A stretch of DNA of 62,761 nucleotides from Bacteroidota bacterium. GTDB lineage: Bacteria; Bacteroidota; Bacteroidia; AKYH767-A; OLB10. Shown here piece by piece: positions 42,794-51,614 of this stretch (position 1 is the first letter of the stretch; each line of letters begins with the position of its first letter). Both the position numbers and the translations under genes were made by a program. Where the stretch lies: NCBI GenBank assembly GCA_046303115.1, contig JBKCGZ010000190.1, positions 1 through 62,761 on the forward strand, in the 5' to 3' direction. The notes under the pieces are model-generated. The model was not told the DNA's origin, did no database searches, and was given only the letters and a program-made list of their open reading frames with translations.

Positions 42794-45211
42794 CTACTTC
42801 GTGAAACCTAATTGTCGTGCTTTTATCGAGCTGGCCACTACCGTATATATCACTAAACTGCTTGTGCTGATAGGCATTAAAATAGCCGCAATTACAGGCG
42901 ATAAAGTTCCTTGTACTGCAAACCATAATCCCAGAAAATTATACACCAGTGATATGATAAAACTGATGATGATAATTCGGTTAGCCGACTTGGCAAGACG
43001 AATTAACTTCTCCAATTTTGATAAATTACTTCCAATAATAATAGCATCACATGCAGGAGTAAAATTGTTGATGTCGTTTGAAATGGCAATTCCTACATGG
43101 CTATGCATTAACGCACCTGCATCATTTAATCCATCACCAACCATCATTGTTTTAAATCCATGTTGATTAAGTTCATTGATGTAATTTAACTTATCAATTG
43201 GTTTGCAATGAAAGCGCATATGCGTTCCTTCGGGAAGAATTGTACTTAGGTTGATTCGCTCATGCTCATCATCACCACTGATCACACCTAATTGAATATT
43301 GTGATTTGATAAGTCGGAAGTTAACTCTTGAACGCCTTCGCGATATTTATTTTGAATTGCGAAATATCCGTATACCTCATTATCAATTCCAATATATACT
43401 CGTGTTGATTTTAATGTATCGAGTTGTTTTTTTCCTGTCAGGTATTCTTCACTTCCAATTTTATAGTGATGTCCGAAAATCATGGCCGTTAATCCTTGAC
43501 CAGGAAATTCTTCAATATGAATAGATGTATCTGCGAATGCTTTTAATTTCAAATATTTCGATAATACAATACTTAATGGATGAGTAGAAGAGGATACAAT
43601 TGTATAGATAGCACGTAAATGAAAATCGCTCAATTCAACACCAACATAATTTATCTGATTAGATTCAGGTTCCGTTAATGTGCCTGTTTTATCAAATATA
43701 ACGGTATCAATATCCGCCAACTTTTCTATTACCTGAACATTGCGTAGATAAATTCCTTTCTTACCAAGCAATCGAATAATATTTCCGAAGGTGAAAGGAG
43801 CAGATAATGCCAATGCACAAGCACACGCAATAACAAGTACCGCAGTGAAAGCATTAATTGCTCTTGTAAAATCCTGATGATACCAATAAGCAAAGGATGA
43901 TATAGCAATCACAACGGTCACGAGAACAAACCATCGGCTAATGGTATTCACCATTTTTTGAAAATAACTTGTCTGATTAACTTTATCACTTTGTTGATTC
44001 CAAAGTTTGGTCAGGTAACTATTAGAGGTTGCCTGATCGACCATCACGTCGATAGGACCATTCAACAACTTTGCTCCCGCATAAATCAATTCACCTTTAT
44101 TGACTTTTATAGGTGTTGATTCACCAGAAACAAAACTATAATCGATATGAGCAGATTGATTTAACAGTTTTACATCAGCAGGAATAATCTCATGATTGCG
44201 AATCTTTAGTCGATCACCTTTAACAACATCATTTACTAAAACAGTTTCTTCTTTAATGCCATTGTATCTCGTAACCGCAATAGGGAAGTAGGAGGTATAA
44301 TCCCTGTTAAACGAAAGCCATTGATAGGTTTTATCTTGAAAATTTCTTCCAATAAGCATGAAGAAGATAAGTCCCGTCATACTATCAAAATAACCAGGAC
44401 CCGTACCAGAAACAATTTCGTACAAGCTTCTTAAAAACATGGCTAAAATACCGATGGCAATAGGCACATCAATATTGACAACCTTTTGTCGGAAGCTTCT
44501 AAAAGAGTTAATAAAAAACTCACTTGCAGAATAAAAGAAAACCGGCAATGCTAAAACCACAATCACATATCGAAATAAATGTCGGAAGTCCTCAGCGCCA
44601 AAAACACCTCCCGATAAATATTCAGGAAAACTCAACAACATAATATTTCCAAAAGCAAATCCAGCTAAACCAATTTTATAAATCCTTGCATTCGATTTTT
44701 TAGCGAACTGATGATTGCTGACTTTATTTAAATTCAATTCTGGCTCGTAACCAATTAATGTAAGTTGTTCAACTATATTGCGAAGGGAAGTTGCCGACGA
44801 ATTAAAAACAATCAATATTTCCTTGCTGACAAAATCAACTTGCGATCGTATTACGCCCTTATCGATTCTTGAAAAATTCTCTAACAACCAAATACAACTA
44901 CTACAATGCATATTCGGAATATGAAAACGAATATGAACTTCATTCTTAGATTTAAAACTGATTAACTTCTCAATAATTTGCTCTTCCTCTAAAAAAGCAA
45001 AGCGATTACCGAGATAACTGTTCTTACGATTTATGCCAGGGTTATCGGAAATAGCGTAATAATTACAAAGGTTGTTTTCATTCAGTACTTCATATACTAA
45101 CTTACAACCTACGCAACAAAAGTCTTTATCATCAAATTTAACTTTGTCTTCTTCACACTTTTCGTGACAGTGATAACAATTGATAACTACTGAAGTATTT
45201 GTTAATGACAT
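42794..45211 (-). CDS. ccoI: Heavy-metal (copper) P1B-type ATPase CcoI/FixI
   Basis: CYHC and FCCVGC N-terminal motifs, HCSSC, SGES, CACAL, DKTGT, GDGLNDA. Confidence 0.93.
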   Translation of the reverse strand: MSLTNTSVVINCYHCHEKCEEDKVKFDDKDFCCVGCKLVYEVLNENNLCNYYAISDNPGINRKNSYLGNRFAFLEEEQIIEKLISFKSKNEVHIRFHIPNMHCSSCIWLLENFSRIDKGVIRSQVDFVSKEILIVFNSSATSLRNIVEQLTLIGYEPELNLNKVSNHQFAKKSNARIYKIGLAGFAFGNIMLLSFPEYLSGGVFGAEDFRHLFRYVIVVLALPVFFYSASEFFINSFRSFRQKVVNIDVPIAIGILAMFLRSLYEIVSGTGPGYFDSMTGLIFFMLIGRNFQDKTYQWLSFNRDYTSYFPIAVTRYNGIKEETVLVNDVVKGDRLKIRNHEIIPADVKLLNQSAHIDYSFVSGESTPIKVNKGELIYAGAKLLNGPIDVMVDQATSNSYLTKLWNQQSDKVNQTSYFQKMVNTISRWFVLVTVVIAISSFAYWYHQDFTRAINAFTAVLVIACACALALSAPFTFGNIIRLLGKKGIYLRNVQVIEKLADIDTVIFDKTGTLTEPESNQINYVGVELSDFHLRAIYTIVSSSTHPLSIVLSKYLKLKAFADTSIHIEEFPGQGLTAMIFGHHYKIGSEEYLTGKKQLDTLKSTRVYIGIDNEVYGYFAIQNKYREGVQELTSDLSNHNIQLGVISGDDEHERINLSTILPEGTHMRFHCKPIDKLNYINELNQHGFKTMMVGDGLNDAGALMHSHVGIAISNDINNFTPACDAIIIGSNLSKLEKLIRLAKSANRIIIISFIISLVYNFLGLWFAVQGTLSPVIAAILMPISTSSLVIYTVVASSIKARQLGFTK

Positions 45212-45230
45212 ATCATATAAATCTTGAATA

Positions 45231-45295
45231 CAAGATTATTCAATGTATACACCTATACGAATGACAAATGTCAGTTGCTATTTTGATAGTGGTCA
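45231..45295 (-). promoter_or_regulatory. Crp/Fnr-type promoter of ccoI
   Basis: -7 variant TAATCTTG (45231-45238, minus), 23-nt gap, TGACAAATGTCA 45262-45273, TGATAGTGGTCA 45284-45295. Confidence 0.75.
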
Positions 45296-45338
45296 CAAAA
45301 CATTTTTTCCAAAAAGTGGTTTAAATTATATCTATGAA

Positions 45339-45381
45339 TGACGTAGGTCATTTGCAACTCATCTTGAATAAAGCAATTTTG
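45339..45381 (+). promoter_or_regulatory. Crp/Fnr-type promoter of the 45402 hypothetical gene
   Basis: TGACGTAGGTCA 45339-45350, 23-nt gap, -7 variant CAATTTTG 45374-45381. Confidence 0.65.
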
Positions 45382-45401
45382 CAAATACATAATTGAACAA
45401 C

Positions 45402-45803
45402 ATGTTATCCGAAACAAAAGCGTCGAGCTCGCTACACCTTTACATCGATTTAAACTCAAGACTATCTGAAATCCAGAGAGAGTTCAATTCTTATTTCCCA
45501 TTCTTAAAGATTGAATTTTTTAAAGCACCTCATAAAATCGGACAAGGATTAAAGAAAGATCTAATCATCAATTCGAATAAATTAGTGAAGGATTGTTCAA
45601 CTATCAAAAAGGGTGGTGTAATTGAATTTACCAATATCACTTCTGTAAGCGATTTAGAAACGAAATTTTTCAAAGACTTTAAATTATCTGTGCAGGTATT
45701 TAGAAAGGCAGGTAGGGTATGGTTAGAAACAACTGCAACAGATAGCTGGACCCTAGCGCAACAAAATGAAGAAGGCGCTGAATTCTCAACGCCCTCTAAA
45801 TAA
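45402..45803 (+). CDS. Conserved hypothetical protein
   Basis: EIQREFNSYFPFLKIEFF, VQVFRKAGRVWLETTATDSWTLAQQN; ATG 45402 follows promoter. Confidence 0.8.
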   Translation: MLSETKASSSLHLYIDLNSRLSEIQREFNSYFPFLKIEFFKAPHKIGQGLKKDLIINSNKLVKDCSTIKKGGVIEFTNITSVSDLETKFFKDFKLSVQVFRKAGRVWLETTATDSWTLAQQNEEGAEFSTPSK

Positions 45804-45816
45804 TATGATCTTCTTT

Positions 45817-46875
45817 TTAAGCTTTTAAATGTCGAAGCTTTTCATCATTGATGATTTTAATTTTTCCTTCTTTAATCTCAATTAACTTTTCTTCTTTAAA
45901 ATCACTAAGCGTTCTAATCAACGACTCAGTAGCTGTCCCAACAATATTGGCTAAATCTTCACGAGCGATAGCCATAGCAAAATGAGATGCATCAGTCGTC
46001 TTGTACTTATCTTGTAATAAAATCAATGCCTCGGCAGTTCTCTTTCTAACAGAACTGTAAGCCAATTCTAATAGACGTTCTTGCTTATCGATAACACCCT
46101 TTGTTAAGAAACGAATAAAGTTCTTCGTAACGGCATGGTTGCTATAAACCAGATTAAAAAACTCTTCCTTCGGAATGAAAATCACTTCTGACTCTTCTAG
46201 CGTTTCAGCACTTTCAATATAAGGCTTTTCTTCTAACAGCGACACATATCCGAAGAAATCACCTTCTTTCAATAAATCAGTGATCAACTCTTTACCATAC
46301 TCATGCGTCTTGGTAATTTTAACCTTACCTGACTTCACATAATAAATTCCGTTAGGGTAGTGGTGCTCCTGATAAATCTTTTCTTTCTTTTTATAATGAT
46401 TCACTTTTTTACCATCTAGGAATTTCTTCAAGGCTGCATCACCAGCCACATCACTGATGAAATGACTTAGTCCATCAAAGTCAGGCTGATAATCTTTCTT
46501 AAGTGCATCAGCTCTTTTCAAACGACTTTCAATAGCGTTTAATAATTCCGTCTTATCAAAAGGTTTGGTGATATAATCATCAGCACCTAAATCCATTCCT
46601 TTACGCATATCGCTGCGCTCAGCTTTTGCCGTCAAGAAAATAAATGGAACTGAATTTAAATCATTATCCTTACTCAGTAAATGTAAAACTCCATAGCCAT
46701 CTAAACCTGGCATCATGATATCACAGATAATCAAATCTGGTTTTTCCTTACGAGCCATTTCAACACCCTCTTTTCCATCCGGTGCTGTACAAACTGTATA
46801 ATTCGCCAGCTCTAAAATTTCAGCTGTATTTTCTCTTACATCCAGATTGTCTTCAATTAATAAAATCTTTTTCAT
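45817..46875 (-). CDS. Response regulator: receiver domain fused to a Crp/Fnr cNMP-like and HTH domain
   Basis: LLIEDN, ICDIMMPGLDG, FLTAK, DDYITKPF; then GKVKI, GDFFG; HTH REDLANIVGTATESLIRTLSDFK. Confidence 0.93.
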   Translation of the reverse strand: MKKILLIEDNLDVRENTAEILELANYTVCTAPDGKEGVEMARKEKPDLIICDIMMPGLDGYGVLHLLSKDNDLNSVPFIFLTAKAERSDMRKGMDLGADDYITKPFDKTELLNAIESRLKRADALKKDYQPDFDGLSHFISDVAGDAALKKFLDGKKVNHYKKKEKIYQEHHYPNGIYYVKSGKVKITKTHEYGKELITDLLKEGDFFGYVSLLEEKPYIESAETLEESEVIFIPKEEFFNLVYSNHAVTKNFIRFLTKGVIDKQERLLELAYSSVRKRTAEALILLQDKYKTTDASHFAMAIAREDLANIVGTATESLIRTLSDFKEEKLIEIKEGKIKIINDEKLRHLKA

Positions 46876-46879
46876 AGCA

Positions 46880-48121
46880 TTAATTTATTTGATTCGGAAA
46901 AGTGATCTCAATCCTTGTTCCTTCGTTTAGTTTACTTGTTAAATGTAAATGACCTTTCATAATGTCAACATAGTTGCCCACAATATGCAACCCTAATCCT
47001 GTACCTTGAATATTAAATGCATTTTTTCCTCTATAGAAACGCTCAAACAAATGCTTCAAATCTTCTTCGCTAATTCCAATTCCCTGATCTTGCACCACCA
47101 TCTTTATTTCATTGGTATTTACATCTGCATCCAATGTTATAGACTTGCCTTCTGATGAAAATTTAATAGCATTACTTAAAAGATTAAAAAGAATATTCTT
47201 GATTAGCTTAGCATCAAGAAACACCAAATTATCACCACGATAATTAATAATTATTTCTTGTCCTGCTTTTGTATTCTGACGCATATCACTCGCAATTTCA
47301 TTTATCAGCATATTCAAATCGAACATACTCATATCGGCATGAATCTTTCCTTCTTCTAATTTACTGATGGATAGAAAATCACTTAAGATATCATTCAGGT
47401 TATTAACTGACGATTGAATTCGTTTGATATGCTTTTGCTTTTTCTCTTCTTGCTCAGGAGTTTTATATTCTGAAATCAAAACAGCAGAAGAAAGGATAGT
47501 GGTGAGTGGTGTACGAAACTCATGCGATGCCATTGAAATAAATCGCGACTTTAAATCATTCAGGTCTTTTTCTTTTTCAAGTGCCATACTTAATTCTGAT
47601 CTCGACTTCTCTAATTCCAAAATTGCTTCCTGCAAAACGCTGGTACGATCAGAAACCTTTCGTTCTAAATCTTCATTCGACTTTTGCAAGGTAAGTGCAA
47701 TCTGTTCGAGTTCTAATTGTTTTTCCTTAACCGCAGCTTCAATTTTCTTTCTGATAGAAATATCAATTAAAAAGGCAATTATGTATTTTCGATCATCCTT
47801 AAAAATAGGACTCAAACTAATCTCGATAGGAAACAAGGTCCCATCTTTTCTTAAAGCATATAAATCTAAACCCAATCCCATCGGACGAGCGTGAGGCTTA
47901 TCGACATACGATTTACGATGATGTTCATGATGTACTTTGATGTTCTTAGGAACCAATACATCAATCGATTCATTTAATAATTCATTCGACTCATATCCGA
48001 ACATCTTACATGCTGCTGGATTCATCAATTGAATCAATCCACTTTCATTGGAAATAATAATCCCTTCAGTAGCATGATTGAATAGGGCATCGAGCAACTC
48101 GACTTTCTCAAAATTCTGCAT
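46880..48121 (-). CDS. Cytoplasmic PAS-domain sensor histidine kinase (FixL-like)
   Basis: PAS (NPAACKMFGY...HHEHH...RPMG...RKDGTLFPIEISLS), H-box SHEFRTPL, N-box NLLSNAIKF, G-boxes DQGIG and GTGLGL; no TM. Confidence 0.93.
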   Translation of the reverse strand: MQNFEKVELLDALFNHATEGIIISNESGLIQLMNPAACKMFGYESNELLNESIDVLVPKNIKVHHEHHRKSYVDKPHARPMGLGLDLYALRKDGTLFPIEISLSPIFKDDRKYIIAFLIDISIRKKIEAAVKEKQLELEQIALTLQKSNEDLERKVSDRTSVLQEAILELEKSRSELSMALEKEKDLNDLKSRFISMASHEFRTPLTTILSSAVLISEYKTPEQEEKKQKHIKRIQSSVNNLNDILSDFLSISKLEEGKIHADMSMFDLNMLINEIASDMRQNTKAGQEIIINYRGDNLVFLDAKLIKNILFNLLSNAIKFSSEGKSITLDADVNTNEIKMVVQDQGIGISEEDLKHLFERFYRGKNAFNIQGTGLGLHIVGNYVDIMKGHLHLTSKLNEGTRIEITFPNQIN

Positions 48122-48170
48122 TTGACTAAAATAAGTAAGCTCTAAAAATAAACATTTTTAATGCGCTCTT

Positions 48171-48350
48171 TTATTTATTGCTGTTATATCCTGCTAAATA
48201 ATACAACGGACAAAATCCAGAAGCACCTGTTACAAACGGGATTAATCCCGAAATTGCCCAAAATGAATTATGATAGATAAAAAAAGACGCGACAGCTACT
48301 CCAGCAACTAAGCGAATAACTCGTTCATTAAAATTTTCATTGGTTACCAT
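48171..48350 (-). CDS. DUF2892 (YgaP-like membrane domain) protein
   Basis: NENFNERVIRL, GFCPLY motif; start moved to ATG 48350. Confidence 0.85.
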   Translation of the reverse strand: MVTNENFNERVIRLVAGVAVASFFIYHNSFWAISGLIPFVTGASGFCPLYYLAGYNSNK

Positions 48351-48372
48351 AGTGATATTTATTTGTTGAATC

Positions 48373-48437
48373 CAAAAGTAGATGCTCCATCCAACCAAAT
48401 AAATTACGCTAATCAGTACACGTTATGATAAATATCA
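48373..48437 (-). promoter_or_regulatory. Crp/Fnr-type promoter upstream of DUF2892-kinase-regulator
   Basis: -7 box TACTTTTG (48373-48380, minus), 23-nt gap, TTACGCTAATCA 48404-48415, TGATAAATATCA 48426-48437. Confidence 0.75.
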
Positions 48438-48438
48438 C

Positions 48439-49839
48439 TTAAATCTGATAAGAAGCCCCATCTTCAGGAATTTCAATATTCGAAAAGCCTAATTCTTCCA
48501 ATCGCTCTTTGAAAGCTGTTGCCGCTTCTAATTCTCCATGGATAAGGAAAACATTTTGCGTCAACTTCGGATTCTGACAGGTAATAAATTGAATTAACTC
48601 ATCGGCATCCGCATGTGCAGAATAAGAATCAATCACTTCAATCTTAGCGTTCACATTATACAAATCACCAAAAATCTTCACTTGCGTATCTCCATTTTTC
48701 AAACGACCTCCCATACTGTTGGGCGTAACATACCCAACAATTAAAATGGTGTTTTTTGCATCTTCAATATTATTCTTGATATGATGTTTTACGCGACCAG
48801 CTTCCATCATTCCAGAGGCTGAAATGATAATACAAGGATCATCACTTTCATTTAACATCTTAGAATCTTCCACATCACGTATATAGCTTACATCATCATA
48901 TCCGAAAGGATTGTCATCCTTTACCATATACTCTAAAATATCTCCGTTAAACGACTCTGTATGCTTCTTCATTATTTCAGTCGCGTTAATCGACAATGGA
49001 GAATCAACAAACACAGGAACGTGAGGCATTTTACCTTCTGTATGTGCACGGTCTAACGCATAAATAATTTCTTGCGTTCGGCCTAAACTAAACGCTGGGA
49101 TAATCACTTTTCCTTTACGATTTACGCAGGTATCAATCACAATATCTAGCAAGCGATTTTCAGCATCGTTCGTATGTTCGTGCAAACGATTACCATAGGT
49201 TGTTTCCATTAAGATTATATCCGCCTGTGGAAAATCTTCTGGAGCTCTTAATATTTTATCATTATATCTTCCAACGTCACCACTAAAAAACACTTTTCTG
49301 ATTTTATTTCCTTCGTTCACCAATACATTCACACATGCGCTTCCTAAGATATGTCCCGCCTCCGAAAAATGAAACGAAAGTTCATTATCAATTTTAGTGA
49401 GTTCATGCAATCGAACGGGAACAAATTGTTTTAATGCTTGATTAACATCATCAATCGTATAAATAGGCTTTAATAATTCCTGATGTTTTCTTGCTCTGCG
49501 CTTATTCAAATACTGCACATCGTATTCTTGAATATGAGCACTATCCGCCAACATAATACGACATAAGTCGATGGTAGCCGGCGTTGCGAATATCGGTCCC
49601 GTATAGCCGCTCTTAACAAGCTGAGGAATATTGCCTGCATGATCGGCATGCGCATGCGAAAGGATTAGATAATCGATAGTAGTGGGATCAAATCCGAAAT
49701 GACGATTAAGCGACTCCGTTTCAGAGCCACGGCCTTGAAACAATCCACAATCGAGTAATAAGTTCTTTCCACCTTCGGTAGTAATTAAATGTTTACTGCC
49801 TGTAACAGTTTGCGCAGCTCCGTAAAAAGTAATTTTCAT
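48439..49839 (-). CDS. MBL-fold beta-CASP ribonuclease family protein
   Basis: SHAHADHAG, AGHILGS, FSGDVG, METTYG, YSAHAD, LIHGE. Confidence 0.93.
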   Translation of the reverse strand: MKITFYGAAQTVTGSKHLITTEGGKNLLLDCGLFQGRGSETESLNRHFGFDPTTIDYLILSHAHADHAGNIPQLVKSGYTGPIFATPATIDLCRIMLADSAHIQEYDVQYLNKRRARKHQELLKPIYTIDDVNQALKQFVPVRLHELTKIDNELSFHFSEAGHILGSACVNVLVNEGNKIRKVFFSGDVGRYNDKILRAPEDFPQADIILMETTYGNRLHEHTNDAENRLLDIVIDTCVNRKGKVIIPAFSLGRTQEIIYALDRAHTEGKMPHVPVFVDSPLSINATEIMKKHTESFNGDILEYMVKDDNPFGYDDVSYIRDVEDSKMLNESDDPCIIISASGMMEAGRVKHHIKNNIEDAKNTILIVGYVTPNSMGGRLKNGDTQVKIFGDLYNVNAKIEVIDSYSAHADADELIQFITCQNPKLTQNVFLIHGELEAATAFKERLEELGFSNIEIPEDGASYQI

Positions 49840-49850
49840 TGTACTGAATT

Positions 49851-50900
49851 TTAAAATATTAATACTTCGGTAGCACCAATTCCATACTTTGAAAAATCGG
49901 CAGGCCGGTAATTTAATTGCAACTCTTTTAATTCTGAAATAATAGCATCCTTTAACTTGCCATTTCCAACACCATGAATAAAAACAATTGTTTGCATTCG
50001 CGAAACCATGGCTTTATCCAGTTCACTTCTGAAATGATTTAACTGAATGCGGATTAGTTCGCTATTTGAATAACCGTCGGGAAATTCGATTAGCGATTCA
50101 ATATGTAAATCGACAATACTATTCACACCCGACAAACCATACTTCCTTAGCAAATTACCTTCTTGCTTTTTTACTTTCGCTTCGTGAGGCTTACTCACCT
50201 GATTCGATTTCGGATTAGTCGAAGGATTATATTTATCTTTCAATAATTCTAGTGGTAGATCTTCACTGGAATTAGCAGTTTTATATATTTCATGACTACA
50301 TGCAAAGCAGAATGGTGCGGTTAACTTAGGGTATTGTTGAACGAGTCCTGGATATTCAATGGTTATTTCTTTACTGCCTGATGAGAACATCTCATTATCA
50401 GAGTAAACATAGGAAACCACCAGTGAATCAAACGACATTAACTGTTCACGAGTACACTCAAATAATTCACTTTGCTGGTTAGTACTTAAAGAGAAAACAG
50501 CTATTCGCTTTAGTTTATTCTTTCGTTTTTCAAAACAAGCTCCTTGAATTTGTCCACCAAGCGCATTCACCAGGATAAACTTAACTTTTCCTGTTAGCAC
50601 TGCAGATTGCTCGGGCACCGCTAAAAGCACCACGGAGGCATTTTCAATATGACTTGAAAAATCAGGAGTAGGGAAAATGGCAGTTGTTTTATCGGTAGAC
50701 TTATTATCAATAGGTTTTACACCCATTGCTTTTTCCTGAGAGGACTTAACAACTACAATTTCTTTGGAGAGGACATCGAGGGTAAAGCCATCTTCAATTT
50801 CCACAACAACAATATTATTGGACTTAAAGCCTAAAACAATTCCGTTTTGTTTTTCATTAATAAATGTGACTGAATCGCCTATGTTAAATACTGCTGACAT
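49851..50900 (-). CDS. Smr/MutS2-domain protein (DUF2027-like)
   Basis: N-terminal IGDSV/IEDGF, C-terminal VDLHIE, FIHGVGNGKL, YGIGAT. Confidence 0.85.
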   Translation of the reverse strand: MSAVFNIGDSVTFINEKQNGIVLGFKSNNIVVVEIEDGFTLDVLSKEIVVVKSSQEKAMGVKPIDNKSTDKTTAIFPTPDFSSHIENASVVLLAVPEQSAVLTGKVKFILVNALGGQIQGACFEKRKNKLKRIAVFSLSTNQQSELFECTREQLMSFDSLVVSYVYSDNEMFSSGSKEITIEYPGLVQQYPKLTAPFCFACSHEIYKTANSSEDLPLELLKDKYNPSTNPKSNQVSKPHEAKVKKQEGNLLRKYGLSGVNSIVDLHIESLIEFPDGYSNSELIRIQLNHFRSELDKAMVSRMQTIVFIHGVGNGKLKDAIISELKELQLNYRPADFSKYGIGATEVLIF

Positions 50901-51001
50901 ATAACTGCAAAATAAAGCATTTAAAGTATGTCATTTAAGCGAATGTTCTTTTTTATCTGACAATTAAAATATGCCACGTATTCACTATTTTCGTGACTCC
51001 C

Positions 51002-51577
51002 ATGGCAAGAGAGAAAGATTATAGTAAAATTGATAAAATCTTTGAAGCGACCCTTCGATTAGTTTATGAAAAAGGCTTTGCCGGCATCAAACTAACGGAC
51101 GTTGCTCGCCTTTCAGGAATTGCTATTGGCACTATCTACTTGTACTTTAAGGATAAAGATGATTTGGTTAGTCAGCTATACCAATACATCCAACGAAAAA
51201 AGAAGCAAGAGGTAAATATTGAAATTGATTTAAACAGACCTGCAATTGAATTGATAAAAGAATTGTGGATGGCTTATTATCAGGCGGTATTTGATGATTT
51301 GAAAGCAGCCGATTTTTTTTATCAGTATCAGCAGAGCAATGCAGTTGTGAAAATCATCAATGAACATGATTTGTTTGTTTTCACTAATTTAAGGCGAGTT
51401 TTATCAAAAGGAGTGATGGAAGGGAAGATTAAAAATATGGATGCGGATATACTTTATACCATTTTAATTGGACCTGTTCACGAATTGGCAAAACATGCAT
51501 TAAGAAATAATTTCAAAGCAACATCCGAAGAAAAAGAAGAGCTATTTAATTGTCTTATCAATAGCATCAAAATATAA
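51002..51577 (+). CDS. TetR/AcrR family transcriptional regulator
   Basis: GFAGIKLTDVARLSGIAIGTIYLYFKDK; ATG 51002 (GTG 50993 possible). Confidence 0.92.
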   Translation: MAREKDYSKIDKIFEATLRLVYEKGFAGIKLTDVARLSGIAIGTIYLYFKDKDDLVSQLYQYIQRKKKQEVNIEIDLNRPAIELIKELWMAYYQAVFDDLKAADFFYQYQQSNAVVKIINEHDLFVFTNLRRVLSKGVMEGKIKNMDADILYTILIGPVHELAKHALRNNFKATSEEKEELFNCLINSIKI

Positions 51578-51614
51578 GACCTATCAACCAAAACAACACA
51601 ACCAAAATAATCCA

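Noticed and set aside
45271-45459. 62-aa minus-strand ORF
   Set aside because: Runs through the divergent promoter region and its binding boxes; no coding features
48439-50900. MBL nuclease plus Smr protein as an anti-phage system
   Set aside because: Both look like standard housekeeping families (beta-CASP RNase; DUF2027/Smr) with no defence-island context
50922-50933. TAAAGTATGTCA upstream of the Smr gene as a regulon box
   Set aside because: Mismatched half-site and only about 6 nt from the -7-like element, not 23
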